Positions 42,273-53,571 of a DNA stretch of 64,000 nucleotides are shown here, piece by piece. The position numbers and the translations under genes were made by a program. Source of the stretch: Escherichia phage VEcB. The notes below the pieces were generated by a model that was given only the letters and a program-made list of their open reading frames with translations, did no database searches and was not told the origin of the DNA. Numbering within the stretch: position 1 is the stretch's first letter; every line of letters starts with the position of its first letter. The stretch lies in sequence record NC_052663.1. One strand, written 5' to 3'.

Positions 42273-45148
42273 TGTCAAGAATTAAGCACAGAATTGACAA
42301 TGTTTTTCAACTGATCGATGGACATATTCAGTTCTTAGATCGTAATACAGGTTTAACTGTAGATCCTACAGTGCAACACTATGTATTAAACCCACAAAAC
42401 GTTCTAGCTAATAACAGACACTTTATAAACTGGACTGCTCAAGAAGGGCAACCAAACGGGGATGCTACAACAGAAGGTCAATCCGTGCTTATTCTTGGTT
42501 GCGCTTATGCATATCTAGCTTCCGGCGATACAAAGTATTTAGACTCTGCTAAAAAATATTGGCAAGCCTATATAGATTACTTCTTTGGTGGTCAACCTAT
42601 CCCAGATCCGCCAGCAAAGTATCGCCCTAACTGGATTATTAACGGTAAAGAACCACGTCTTGCACACTATCCTCTTACAGATGATGGCTACCCTACACAC
42701 GGAGGTTTTAAGGGTAGCTTAATGACGTGGACTAACGGTAGAACAGTTATTCCTCATGGTGCTCCACATTGGGGAGAATACCTTGACAAAGCATGGTTTG
42801 CTTTTAATGGTAATCTAGGATGGAACTCTGTAAACGCTACAGTATATGCTGTTAATGCAGATGGAACAACAGATTGGTCTAAGAATGGAGATCAATGGGA
42901 CGTTGATTGGATCATTGATCGTCTAGGACGTAAAGTTGATTGGGATGGAAATATCTTAGAAGAAGGTTTTCCAACATCTCAATACGGAACAGTTCAACTA
43001 AAAAATACTTCTGTAAACGGTACATATAAATTTAACTACGCGACTTGTAACCCTGTTGAACACGGTGGTTATTTAATGGAGCGTAACACTATGTGGCATA
43101 ACAGACCAGTTAACGTTCCGGTAGAAATGGGCTTTCAGGATAATGCGTCAGATGCCGAAACTTGGTGGTGTGATGCTAATTACCTGATGTACCAAATTAC
43201 AGGAGAAAGAAAATATTGGCTATGCTGGCAGTCTTCACTGTTAGTGTGTCAAGATTACTCAAACATTGATATGTTTGATAAATTTTTCCGTAAGTCTACA
43301 TATGCAACTATTCCGTTTACAGATGGCATCTCTTACGATTATTCATATCCATCTACAGCAATACCTAAATATTCAAGAGATACTTTAGGCTATATTGTTA
43401 TTAGACAAGATGTTGCTGCTCAAACAACATTAGAACAGCAAGCCATTTGGTTTAAAGTTGATCAGAACTCTAAGTTACGAGTCCAGTTTCAAGGTGTAGA
43501 TGACGCAGGACATGGTATTCTTTTCCGTCCAGAGTTGGAATTAAGTAAGACCAAAGATGAAAATAACACAGTAACTTACCGCTGTGGCTTACCACTAGGT
43601 ACAGCTAATATGACAAGCATGGATATTCCACTATCCAGCTTTATGAGAAGTACCCCTCCTAGTGGTGGAACATATATTATCGCAGATCCGCGAATTATTG
43701 TTGACTGGGGTGACAATACTGTGGTACAATATAAGTATGTAACAGGTATTGCTGGAACTAATAATGACCAGATTGTTACTGCATCAATGGATACGGATGG
43801 TGGTGTTACTGTTGGTTTTTGGTTAACTCCTACATCAAAAGCTAATGTTAAGTCTATTACATATAGAACATATGAAGATGACTTTAACATGACTATCACG
43901 GATGCTCAAGGTTGGAGATGGTGGGCTATGCTGCCTAAAACGCAAGGGGCATGGAGTACGAAGACTTTATCAGCCTCTGCTTTTAAGTTAAGTGCTTACC
44001 AGCCTAATCATCCAGAAACAGATCCTAAACCTTCAGCAATAAATCTTACTGCTGTAGATCAGGTAAATTTAGTTCTTGATACGGCTCCTGTCAATGGTTT
44101 AACAGGAACAATAGATTTCTATTGTATTAACGATGTACCTGAAAGATATTCGTCATCTTCTGGTGATGATTATACCATGTACTTCCGTATTACTGTACAG
44201 GCTTCAAGTCCTCATACTGCTAAGTTAGGTGATTGTACTATTATTGACTATAAGTTAAATAGTCTTAATTACACACCAGGAATAATTCCATTCTCTAATA
44301 TCAGTGACCCAAACACTGCATTATACGATGGATGGCGTGGTATTCCATACCCAGGATACCAGTATCCTTCCTTATACTGTTTCGCAGGTAGGGATATTGA
44401 TTGGACACGTTTAAACAACAGTATTGATTTCTTGTATGATGCTCAAATGTGGTTTTATAACACGTTTGATCCTGTGATGCCTGGGCCTATGGCACAAGCA
44501 TATGTGTGGGATCGTTGGGATGCAAGAAAATACGGTGAACCTAATACGTTTACAATGAAACACTGGAATGAAAAAGCGTGGGATGGTTATGAAGCTCGTG
44601 CATTCTACTGTGCTTGTCATGCTGTATACGAACTTGTACAAAGAGGAGAAACACCTCCTGAAAAACTAGTAACTGTTTGTAAAAATTGGATCAACTACCT
44701 TAAATGGTTCCAAGACAATAATGATGGAAGAACACCAACTATCTTTAATCCAGATGGTACAGTTCTTGCACCTATAGATGACTTTACTAGTCATATGTCT
44801 GCACTGTTTATGGCGGGTTGTTCAATCATGGGCTTGGCAGGTTATGATTCACAAATTCCAAACATTGGTATTGTAGCAGACAGATGTTTTGATCTGATTC
44901 AGCAAAACTATATTGTGCTTTCCCCTAACCATCCGATGAATGGTTCCTGGAGTGTTGCACCACGCCCAGATTCAGATAACGGAATGTTCTTTGGTTTCCA
45001 TGCTGGAGAACTATTACGTGGTTTTGGTTTATATGCCTTGTATCGTAAACTAAACCCTCAAAACGCTTTACCAATTTTGGATAATAGTAACATACCAACA
45101 CTAACTGTTCTAACTATGAATGATATTAGTGTTGATGTAACCAAATAA
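42272..45148 (+). CDS. large tail or baseplate structural protein
   Basis: 958 aa ORF. Confidence 0.5.
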   Translation: MSRIKHRIDNVFQLIDGHIQFLDRNTGLTVDPTVQHYVLNPQNVLANNRHFINWTAQEGQPNGDATTEGQSVLILGCAYAYLASGDTKYLDSAKKYWQAYIDYFFGGQPIPDPPAKYRPNWIINGKEPRLAHYPLTDDGYPTHGGFKGSLMTWTNGRTVIPHGAPHWGEYLDKAWFAFNGNLGWNSVNATVYAVNADGTTDWSKNGDQWDVDWIIDRLGRKVDWDGNILEEGFPTSQYGTVQLKNTSVNGTYKFNYATCNPVEHGGYLMERNTMWHNRPVNVPVEMGFQDNASDAETWWCDANYLMYQITGERKYWLCWQSSLLVCQDYSNIDMFDKFFRKSTYATIPFTDGISYDYSYPSTAIPKYSRDTLGYIVIRQDVAAQTTLEQQAIWFKVDQNSKLRVQFQGVDDAGHGILFRPELELSKTKDENNTVTYRCGLPLGTANMTSMDIPLSSFMRSTPPSGGTYIIADPRIIVDWGDNTVVQYKYVTGIAGTNNDQIVTASMDTDGGVTVGFWLTPTSKANVKSITYRTYEDDFNMTITDAQGWRWWAMLPKTQGAWSTKTLSASAFKLSAYQPNHPETDPKPSAINLTAVDQVNLVLDTAPVNGLTGTIDFYCINDVPERYSSSSGDDYTMYFRITVQASSPHTAKLGDCTIIDYKLNSLNYTPGIIPFSNISDPNTALYDGWRGIPYPGYQYPSLYCFAGRDIDWTRLNNSIDFLYDAQMWFYNTFDPVMPGPMAQAYVWDRWDARKYGEPNTFTMKHWNEKAWDGYEARAFYCACHAVYELVQRGETPPEKLVTVCKNWINYLKWFQDNNDGRTPTIFNPDGTVLAPIDDFTSHMSALFMAGCSIMGLAGYDSQIPNIGIVADRCFDLIQQNYIVLSPNHPMNGSWSVAPRPDSDNGMFFGFHAGELLRGFGLYALYRKLNPQNALPILDNSNIPTLTVLTMNDISVDVTK

Positions 45149-45156
45149 GGAAAATA

Positions 45157-47316
45157 ATGAAACAGGCTATTTTTACTGTAACTCGAAATACGAGAGTAAA
45201 TGCCAGTTCATTCAGCTATAAGACCGTCGATGGAACGGCGGTCGCTGGTAGAGATTATGTAGCTAAACAGGGAACAGTAACGTTCCCTTCTGATGCAGAT
45301 TCTGCTACTGTGGTGGTTGATGTATATGAACGTCCGGCAAACTCTTTAGATCTTTATTTTACTCTTGAGATTACTAGCATAAGTCAAAATAACATGATGA
45401 TCAATGAAGAAATTCGTTGTGTTATTACGACTAATCAATCGAATACAACCCCGCTAACTTGGCCTGTTGTGAAGTCTAGAATGTTTGATCCTAAGTTTTG
45501 GACAATAGATTCTCAATCAACAGAAAGTTGTTCTATTATCTCTAATGGTGATTCTTTCACGGCAAGAATGGTTAATAGGACAGTGGCTGGTCTTGCTGGG
45601 ATTATTTGGTCAACTTACGATAAATATGATCACAAAGGATTAGGCTACCAAGAACATTCTGATTTAAGTAAAGAAAAACTTTGGTTTAAAATGGAACTTA
45701 GTCAAGGTGTTCCTGGGTTAAAAGAAGAAAAATTAATGCCATCCTTAACAGTGACACTGAAGGATGAAACAGTTCATTATGTATCTCTAAACTTTTATGC
45801 AGAAGAAGTTTCAGAGGACGGTAAAACAGCAATAATCAAATTAGATTTCTCAAATTTAAAATCTGGGCCAGAAAATGATATTGTTGTTGACACTACACAG
45901 ATAGATAACATGTTCTTCTCCTTGATCTCCGCAAGGTATCAAGAAATTGAAGATGTTATACCTGTAGACAATATGGATCTTTCCTTTAAGTTTACCATAC
46001 TAGAGCCTGATACTGGTTACAGTATGATGAATATGGGTAATTTAAATGTTCCGGCGCACACCATAAGAATGTGTACATCTTATGATGATATGTATAACCT
46101 AACCCCAGAGCGAGTTATTTCTAACACCTATAGATTAGGTTATAGAGATATGATTAACCATTATAATGGTATGTCACACTATTATCAATTTAGTTGGGAT
46201 GCTGGATCTAATAAATGGGCTTTGAATAGAACAGAATATTTAAACCCAGCAACAGAAGCCTGGTTTGATAATTTCCACGCTAATGCAAAAGCTATGGGCT
46301 ACACAGTAATGAACTCCTTAAGTTTTGAACTTATGAGTACAGTGTGTCCTGTAGAATGGGTACAACATACTTGGAATGATGATCTGGCTGCTACAGGTTA
46401 TGAGCCACCAAGTTATGTTTTATCTCCTTCAATTGATGAAGGGATGAATTATTTACAAGGTGTAATAAATAAGATAGCTTCTATATCCGCTACCAATGAT
46501 CTTCCTGTTATTATTCAGGTTGGTGAACCGTGGTGGTGGTATAACACAGCTACCAATCTCCCGTGTATTTATGATTATGCAACCAAAGTTGCATTTAATA
46601 ATGAAACTGGATTATATGCACAAGATGTTGGTACAGTTAAGAATTATAAAACTGGTACACCATATGATGAATATTATGCATTCCTATCTAAAACATTAGG
46701 ACTGCGTGTTGCTAAATTTGCAACAGATACTAGATTAGCATATCCTGGAGCAAAAGTTACATTGTTACCATTTGTGCCATCCATTTTGGGTAATGGTATG
46801 ATGGAGTTTGTTAACTTCCCTAAAGATTATTATATCCCAGAAAACTTTGACTTTTATTGTTCAGAATGTTATGATTGGTTGTTGGAAGGTAAGATGGAAA
46901 GATCTTTCGACGCTATCACAATACCTAATGAGCAACTAGGTTTTAGTTACAATAAGATACATTATCTTGCAGGGTTTGTTCCAGATGCAACTCTAGCACC
47001 ATTATATGGCTTTGATCCTGAATCAAACTATAGAACATATTTGTGGAAAATGATTATAGGTAATATTGTATTGAATGATCAGAAGTTTGTTGGTTTATAT
47101 CAATACATATGGGCTTATCCACAAATAATGCATGATTCAATAACTGTTCTTAATTCAAAATCCCAAGTTTTTTATATGGGTAATGTGCCTTTGAATTGCT
47201 ATTTGCAAGATATCACTCTTAAACAGGTAAATGTTACGATTGCTACTATAAGCGGAATTACATTAGCCACTAAATCTGGAGAAGATTTAGTAACAACACA
47301 AAAATTTTATATATAG
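45157..47316 (+). CDS. large tail structural protein
   Basis: 719 aa ORF. Confidence 0.5.
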   Translation: MKQAIFTVTRNTRVNASSFSYKTVDGTAVAGRDYVAKQGTVTFPSDADSATVVVDVYERPANSLDLYFTLEITSISQNNMMINEEIRCVITTNQSNTTPLTWPVVKSRMFDPKFWTIDSQSTESCSIISNGDSFTARMVNRTVAGLAGIIWSTYDKYDHKGLGYQEHSDLSKEKLWFKMELSQGVPGLKEEKLMPSLTVTLKDETVHYVSLNFYAEEVSEDGKTAIIKLDFSNLKSGPENDIVVDTTQIDNMFFSLISARYQEIEDVIPVDNMDLSFKFTILEPDTGYSMMNMGNLNVPAHTIRMCTSYDDMYNLTPERVISNTYRLGYRDMINHYNGMSHYYQFSWDAGSNKWALNRTEYLNPATEAWFDNFHANAKAMGYTVMNSLSFELMSTVCPVEWVQHTWNDDLAATGYEPPSYVLSPSIDEGMNYLQGVINKIASISATNDLPVIIQVGEPWWWYNTATNLPCIYDYATKVAFNNETGLYAQDVGTVKNYKTGTPYDEYYAFLSKTLGLRVAKFATDTRLAYPGAKVTLLPFVPSILGNGMMEFVNFPKDYYIPENFDFYCSECYDWLLEGKMERSFDAITIPNEQLGFSYNKIHYLAGFVPDATLAPLYGFDPESNYRTYLWKMIIGNIVLNDQKFVGLYQYIWAYPQIMHDSITVLNSKSQVFYMGNVPLNCYLQDITLKQVNVTIATISGITLATKSGEDLVTTQKFYI

Positions 47317-47324
47317 GAGTAAAA

Positions 47325-49574
47325 ATGTCAACTACAATTACTAATTTACCCGAAACATCAAAAGTTAATGGTTCTGATTACCTGGTTTTAGACCAACCTG
47401 ATAAGACTGTTAAAAGCACAGTTTCCAACTTTCTTACTGACACTGGGGTGGTTTTAGCCACCCAGCTAAAAGATGTTTCTGGAGCTACCAAGTATCCAGA
47501 ACTTCAGATTGCACGCTGGCGAGACGAGGGAGATATCAGAGGGTGGGGCACGGAAACGAACGGTGATGTTACCGAAGCAATCATTAAGGCGGTAGCGGCG
47601 ACAAGCGGCACTATCATTGTGCCTCCAGGCAATTATACGGCCACGCCAACCTTGGAGCAGGTTCCTTCTGTACTGAAATTGCTTTCACAAGCAGAGTTTC
47701 GAGGATCATTAGATATCAATCTCCCTGCGGGAACAGTTAACCTTTCTGAAAAAACGGTAATACGTTCGCAAAATGTCCATAACCTGTCTATCTCTGGGGT
47801 TAAATACTCGACATCCCTAACCGGTCTGGTAAGTGTTAGTGGCAGTCCAAAGGCATATCTGGTAACTATCTCTCTGGCAGATGCATCGAATGTTTCTGTC
47901 GGCGACGTGGTGATGATTCGCCACGACATCTCAGGAACTGGAGGGTATCACATTCACTGTGGTGGATGGGTTGTGGATGCGGTATCTGGTAATAATGTCA
48001 CCGTAAAAAATACCTGCCACCTTTCTGCATTCCCGACATCAACGATTACTAGTGGGTCGGTAGTCATTCTTAAAAGCATTCTGAAATACACTGGCTGTGA
48101 TGGTATTGTGGCAGCAGGCTCGGGATGCATTAAGACGATAAATGGTGTCGCTATTGTCGGTGATTATGATCTGGCAACAGGCTCTGGAACTATCGGGGCA
48201 CACGGCTTCTCCCTTACCACTCCAGACATAACCGTTGCTAGTCCAGACCCATCCAATGAAGTTTTTGATGCATCAGGCTGCATAGCTATTGGCCCTGATT
48301 TGGCGATTGTTGGGTTCGGTGAGCAGGGGTTTGTAGCGTCAGAGAGATCTGGTGTGGTTTCAAACTTTATATCTTCATGCTCTAACCGCAAGCGCGGTGT
48401 ATATTCTGAAGGCGCTCATATACGCGGTAAATTTATGCTTTGCTCAGGGAATGGTGAGGATGGGATTATTTCAGACATTGGTGGCGCAATTCAGGCTAAC
48501 GGTTCAGTTTGCTCAGGAAATGGACTTAACGGTTTTTGGTCATTCAACCACAGTCTCTTGAGTGCTCCTGGCGGGATTTCGTGTGGTAACTTCACGAATG
48601 GTGCGGAAGCGCGCGGACCAGGTGCATTAAATCTGCAAAATGGGAAGAGCTATTTAAACAGGCTAATTGGTGCAACCGCGTCAAATGGTGGGACGGTTAT
48701 TTTTACTGGCTCAACATCAACGCAGAATGGCACGGATGGACTGGTTGCAGTTTATGATGGTTTGATCTCTGCCGCCAATGCCAGCTCAGTGGGCAACGGA
48801 CGCTATGGGGTTGCCGTAACTCACGCAAAAATTGTGCTTACAGGCTCAGGAAGCGTAAGCGGAAATTCAACTGTAGATTTCATCGATCGCGGCGAGGGTA
48901 CTATAATTAAGCCGGATGGAACGATGCTGCCAAGAAAGGCTGCCCCGCAAAGCATCCTTTCTATTCGTAACGCCAATCTTTCCGGTGCTGATGTTACGGC
49001 ATCATCAATTGGTGATATTACCGTCTCGCAAAGAAACACATCCTCGGGTGCATTAACCCCCCTGTATGTATTCAAATCTGACGGAACCCAGCTTCCAGTC
49101 AATGACGCCACGCAGAACCTTGGCAGGGCAAGCAATCGCTACAATGTTGGTTTCTTCGCTGGCGGAACACAGTCAACTTCAGATGCCACACTTAAAGACC
49201 CTATCCGAGAGTTCAATCAGGCCGAACTCAATGCAGCAATGCGCATCTCGAAAATGTTTGGATTCTGGACGTGGCTTGATGATGACAATAAGCGTTTGCA
49301 TGCAGGGACTACGGTTCAAGCAGTGTTAGCTGTTCTGGAAGAGGAAGGTCTAGACTGGCGTAGCTATGGATTTATCTGTTTTGATGAGTGGGATGATGAA
49401 TATACCCCGGTAACCATTGAGGTAGATGGCGAAGTCGTTGAAACAGGGGAAATGAAATTAGTGCGTGAGGCTGGTTCTGTCTGGCAACTGCGCGATCAGG
49501 AATTTGACCGTTTCGTTATGCGTGGACTTTCTGAAAGGCTGAGTATTATAGAAAGTAAGCTGGATTTACTGTAA
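47325..49574 (+). CDS. tail fibre or tailspike with GC-rich central domain and C-terminal chaperone-like domain
   Basis: 749 aa; central region about 47500-49300 markedly GC-rich and Gly/Ser/Ala-rich; STSDATLKDPIREF near C-terminus. Confidence 0.55.
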   Translation: MSTTITNLPETSKVNGSDYLVLDQPDKTVKSTVSNFLTDTGVVLATQLKDVSGATKYPELQIARWRDEGDIRGWGTETNGDVTEAIIKAVAATSGTIIVPPGNYTATPTLEQVPSVLKLLSQAEFRGSLDINLPAGTVNLSEKTVIRSQNVHNLSISGVKYSTSLTGLVSVSGSPKAYLVTISLADASNVSVGDVVMIRHDISGTGGYHIHCGGWVVDAVSGNNVTVKNTCHLSAFPTSTITSGSVVILKSILKYTGCDGIVAAGSGCIKTINGVAIVGDYDLATGSGTIGAHGFSLTTPDITVASPDPSNEVFDASGCIAIGPDLAIVGFGEQGFVASERSGVVSNFISSCSNRKRGVYSEGAHIRGKFMLCSGNGEDGIISDIGGAIQANGSVCSGNGLNGFWSFNHSLLSAPGGISCGNFTNGAEARGPGALNLQNGKSYLNRLIGATASNGGTVIFTGSTSTQNGTDGLVAVYDGLISAANASSVGNGRYGVAVTHAKIVLTGSGSVSGNSTVDFIDRGEGTIIKPDGTMLPRKAAPQSILSIRNANLSGADVTASSIGDITVSQRNTSSGALTPLYVFKSDGTQLPVNDATQNLGRASNRYNVGFFAGGTQSTSDATLKDPIREFNQAELNAAMRISKMFGFWTWLDDDNKRLHAGTTVQAVLAVLEEEGLDWRSYGFICFDEWDDEYTPVTIEVDGEVVETGEMKLVREAGSVWQLRDQEFDRFVMRGLSERLSIIESKLDLL

Positions 49575-49639
49575 TTAAGAGCCGCTATCTCCTACTATGA
49601 TGGCGGCAACCTTAAAATATTTAAGTGGGGAGCCACCTA

Positions 49640-49885
49640 ATGAGAAAATTTTTAATAGGTATGTTTTGTACATATCCTGATAATAAAGTCAGTTCTACTA
49701 AAGTTTGGAATGCTATTGGTATGATTGTTATGTCCAGTATGTTTATTTATTTGGGAATTGATAAAGAAATTCCTGAATGGATGGGCTGGGCTTTTGTTTT
49801 TATGATCACGCCATCCAGACTAATGAAGAATTTAATAGATTTACGTTGGGGCAGATCACCTGCCCCTGATAAGGAGGATAACTAA
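49640..49885 (+). CDS. small membrane protein (two TM helices; holin-like topology)
   Basis: ATG at 49640 preferred over GTG 49625. Confidence 0.35.
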   Translation: MRKFLIGMFCTYPDNKVSSTKVWNAIGMIVMSSMFIYLGIDKEIPEWMGWAFVFMITPSRLMKNLIDLRWGRSPAPDKEDN

Positions 49886-51372
49886 TGGCAGATTATGGTT
49901 TAACAGATGCTGGTTTTGTCATTCCAACGTTTGATGATATTCTAAATAATTATATGACAGCATTGAAAAACACTTTCGGTGCAGATACAGCTACATCTGA
50001 AGATACAGTCTTTGGTCAACTGTTTCGTATTATTGCATATACAGATTACACCCTTTGGGAAGGTATGCAAGGTGTTTACAATACCCAAACCTTAGATGGT
50101 GCAGAAGGTATTTACCTTGATGAAATTTTCTCTAAAAGGGGTTTTTATCGTAAAGCTGCTTCTGCTGGTAGTGGTTATGCTTATGTTAAATCTAACAATA
50201 AGGCAGCTTGGACTTATGAACTAAGCACAGATGTTTATTTTAATGCCGATAACGATTTAACATATTATGTCAGTGCACCGACAATGTTGAATGCTAAGAT
50301 TGGAGCATATACCATTTCTAAAGCAAACGCAACAGCTTCTGGTGAAACTTCTATTACTTTCTACATTCAAAGTGCTATTGATGGTGGTCTTAACAGTAAA
50401 ACACTAAGTCCTAGCAATACAAACTTTATTGTAGATCTCACGAATTTCATTAAAGCTAACGTATCAACAACAGATCGTGCTTTAGTATGGAATGATGCCA
50501 GTAATGTTTACATGGGTTATAATCCAGAAGATAATGTTAACCCAGTAGGTCTAGTAACACCAGTGAAATTTTACGCATCTATTGCAATAGGTACAAAATG
50601 GAGTGAAATTCCAGTTACGTGCTCAGACGTTGGTTATAATCCAGTAGGCACAGAAAGTATCACAGGTATTTCTTCAACGTTTACAGGCTTTTTAGATACA
50701 GGTAACTTCTATCCATTCTCTCCAGGTACAGATGTTGAAACAGATGCAGAATTCCGTTCTCGTTTCAATGATAATATGGATGAAGCTAATGCTGCTACTC
50801 GTGCTGCTATTGTTAAAGCTCTACTACTGACAGATGGTGTGACAAAGGTTAAGATTTATGATAACCCTACATTACACGATCAGGAACATGCTCCAGCTAT
50901 GACATTCCAGACTATTGTGTATGGTGGTACAGCAGAAGAAGTTGCACAGGTTATTTATAATACTAAGCCTATTAACACCTTAACCTATGGTACAACAGCA
51001 ATTACTATCGTAACAGAAGATGGCGGTCAAGAAGTAATTCGTTTTTCTCCTGGTGACAATGCTGAATATTCACTTAAACTAGTATATCAAACTGGCAATG
51101 GTAGTGTGTTAAGTACAACAGAAAGAGAAAATATTGTTTCTGCTCTTTCAAATCTACAGGCTTATTTTGAGCTAGGGTCAACAGTAACTAACGATCAGAT
51201 AAAAGGTGTAATTTATTCTGCACTTGCGTTCGGACGCTTGACTTCTCTCCGTGTTTATGTTAAACTTAATACTGAGGATGACAGTAAATATAATGAGGGA
51301 GATATCACTCCAGCGTACAATGTTGTACCATCCTTTGACCTTGATAATATTTCCTACGAGTACGGAGTCTAA
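49885..51372 (+). CDS. putative baseplate J-like protein
   Basis: 495 aa; weak resemblance only. Confidence 0.3.
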   Translation: MADYGLTDAGFVIPTFDDILNNYMTALKNTFGADTATSEDTVFGQLFRIIAYTDYTLWEGMQGVYNTQTLDGAEGIYLDEIFSKRGFYRKAASAGSGYAYVKSNNKAAWTYELSTDVYFNADNDLTYYVSAPTMLNAKIGAYTISKANATASGETSITFYIQSAIDGGLNSKTLSPSNTNFIVDLTNFIKANVSTTDRALVWNDASNVYMGYNPEDNVNPVGLVTPVKFYASIAIGTKWSEIPVTCSDVGYNPVGTESITGISSTFTGFLDTGNFYPFSPGTDVETDAEFRSRFNDNMDEANAATRAAIVKALLLTDGVTKVKIYDNPTLHDQEHAPAMTFQTIVYGGTAEEVAQVIYNTKPINTLTYGTTAITIVTEDGGQEVIRFSPGDNAEYSLKLVYQTGNGSVLSTTERENIVSALSNLQAYFELGSTVTNDQIKGVIYSALAFGRLTSLRVYVKLNTEDDSKYNEGDITPAYNVVPSFDLDNISYEYGV

Positions 51373-51374
51373 AA

Positions 51375-52004
51375 ATGGCAGTGAGTGTTGACCATGTGAC
51401 AACGTGGGATAGTATCAATGAAGATGTTAAAGACCTACTGATTGAAGATTTTAAATCTTCTCCGAACATTGTCAAACTACTCTATATCATTTCTAGCGAA
51501 AAACAAAAGATAGATCAGGCAATGATCTATCTTGCCAAACACCGCTTAATCTCTACTGCAACTGGTAAGTATTTAGATCTTATTGGTGAAGAGATGGGGA
51601 TGGAAAGAAATGGTGCTACAGATGAAGAGTATCGTACAATATTAAAAATCAGGGCTTATCGTGTTGCGTCTTCTGGTACGCGAGATGATATCATTGATAT
51701 GTTCGCTCGTTTTACAGGAACAGAAAAAGAAACGATTAATACATACGTTGGATTAAATAAAACATTCGACGTATTCTTTTATAATTTGTGTCTACAATCC
51801 GATCAGGCAGTAGCACAGTTACTTAACGTTTTCCCGATCCTAAGTAGTTATCGCTTAGGTGCGAAAGCGGGTGCAGCCTTTGGTTTCACTTCCTATTATG
51901 CCACAACTCCACCTCATGGTATAGGTGGTTTAGGTTCTCTTTACACAGAGGCTGAAGGAGATGATACAGGGCGAATGACTATGCTGATAGCTCAAATAGA
52001 ATAA
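51375..52004 (+). CDS. putative tail or baseplate protein
   Basis: 209 aa ORF. Confidence 0.4.
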   Translation: MAVSVDHVTTWDSINEDVKDLLIEDFKSSPNIVKLLYIISSEKQKIDQAMIYLAKHRLISTATGKYLDLIGEEMGMERNGATDEEYRTILKIRAYRVASSGTRDDIIDMFARFTGTEKETINTYVGLNKTFDVFFYNLCLQSDQAVAQLLNVFPILSSYRLGAKAGAAFGFTSYYATTPPHGIGGLGSLYTEAEGDDTGRMTMLIAQIE

Positions 52005-52017
52005 GGAGTTACTCTTA

Positions 52018-53001
52018 ATGGCAAAGCCACAATACTACCCTGACTGGGCGACACAAACAGTAACCCTCCCAGGAACGGGAAACACAAACAAGATTAGACC
52101 AAAAGAAACCATCCGTAATGTTGGTATGGACTTTGGTCAGATTATGACTTGTGAAGAAATGAACTGGATCTTAAACAATATTGGGTCTTGGATTCGCTAT
52201 ATGCAAGATGAATTCTTCCCAACATTGCCTACTACATATCTTCCTATAGTCGGTACTAAAATTACAATGGCAGGTGATGCTACAGGTGAAGTTACATGGA
52301 ATGGTAATGCTGCTGTAACATTATCTATTCAAGTCGTAGATAACAGCCATAATCACTTATCAGCTAACATTACAGACGCAACATCAAACCAAGTTGTAGG
52401 GAACGTCCTTGTTAAGCGTGATAATGGTGGTGCTATCTATGCAGGTGATATTTACACTTGTGGTACAGGTGCTACAGATCCTGCAACATTATTCTTTAGA
52501 AACTACAACGGACAAACAGTAGGTAATATGTCCTCTGAACCAGGTGCAGGTGGTCAACTCTATATTTATAGAATGAATCCATCAACTGGGGGAACATCTT
52601 GTGCAGTCCGTTTATATGATGCAGGTTATGTTTTAATAGACAATCCTCGTTCTAATTCTGGTCAAGATACTGGTAATGGTAATGCTCTTGTAAGATTAGA
52701 CTATCTTAACTCCAGACTAAACTCATTGCAAAGCACACTGCAAAATAATATTAACAACGTTAATAGTAACTTGCAAGGCCAAATTAATAGCATTAACAAT
52801 AGAGTTTCTTCTGTTGTGTCTGCTATCCGTCTTGGAACACGTATCCAAGCTGGTGTGTCTGAGTCTCGTTTCTATGCTGGTCACGTGATCACAGGTTGGG
52901 GTTTTGGTGACAAGAAAGAACTTCGTGGTGCTTGGTATTGGTCAGCCCCGCTACAATATTATATTAATGGTAGCTGGATAACAGTAACCAACGTTTCGTA
53001 A
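52018..53001 (+). CDS. putative tail fibre protein
   Basis: 327 aa; Asn-rich heptad-like repeats NNINNVNSNLQGQINSINN. Confidence 0.4.
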   Translation: MAKPQYYPDWATQTVTLPGTGNTNKIRPKETIRNVGMDFGQIMTCEEMNWILNNIGSWIRYMQDEFFPTLPTTYLPIVGTKITMAGDATGEVTWNGNAAVTLSIQVVDNSHNHLSANITDATSNQVVGNVLVKRDNGGAIYAGDIYTCGTGATDPATLFFRNYNGQTVGNMSSEPGAGGQLYIYRMNPSTGGTSCAVRLYDAGYVLIDNPRSNSGQDTGNGNALVRLDYLNSRLNSLQSTLQNNINNVNSNLQGQINSINNRVSSVVSAIRLGTRIQAGVSESRFYAGHVITGWGFGDKKELRGAWYWSAPLQYYINGSWITVTNVS

Positions 53002-53010
53002 GGAGAGTCT

Positions 53011-53562
53011 ATGAAAAAAGATGTTATTTTTACAGGTTTTGAATTGTATGAACCAGAATTAACAGAAGAAAATATTCTTTATCTTTCTGTTGGTGGTGGT
53101 TTTTTGCAAGACAAAGATGGTAACGACTGGTATCAGCTTCAAAAAACTTTGATGGTAGAATATCCCGACGCTTATTTTATTACCTTAGATGATAATAATA
53201 TTGTACGTGGTGCTACTAAAGATGTTACTACCTATTTCCCTGCCGGACAATCTATTTTAGTTACATATAATGTACCAGATAAAATAGAAGATGAAAGTAA
53301 CATTGGCTCTTGGCAATATGTTGAAGGTAAGTTTGTTCCTCACAATAATCTTGCTATTGAAGATGCTACTCTTAAGTTAGAAAAGGAGCTAACTTGGGCT
53401 ACGAATCAAGTGTCTGCGATTCAAGATTTAGAGGAATTACAAGGTTTATCTGAAGAACAAAAAGATTGGTTAGGAAAAGTTAAACTCTATCGTGCAACAT
53501 TAATTCAAATTAACGTTGAAGATGCACCTAATATAACTTGGCCTACAAGACCTAAGAAATAG
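53011..53562 (+). CDS. hypothetical protein (possible tail fibre assembly protein)
   Basis: 183 aa ORF. Confidence 0.35.
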   Translation: MKKDVIFTGFELYEPELTEENILYLSVGGGFLQDKDGNDWYQLQKTLMVEYPDAYFITLDDNNIVRGATKDVTTYFPAGQSILVTYNVPDKIEDESNIGSWQYVEGKFVPHNNLAIEDATLKLEKELTWATNQVSAIQDLEELQGLSEEQKDWLGKVKLYRATLIQINVEDAPNITWPTRPKK

Positions 53563-53571
53563 GGGCAATGT

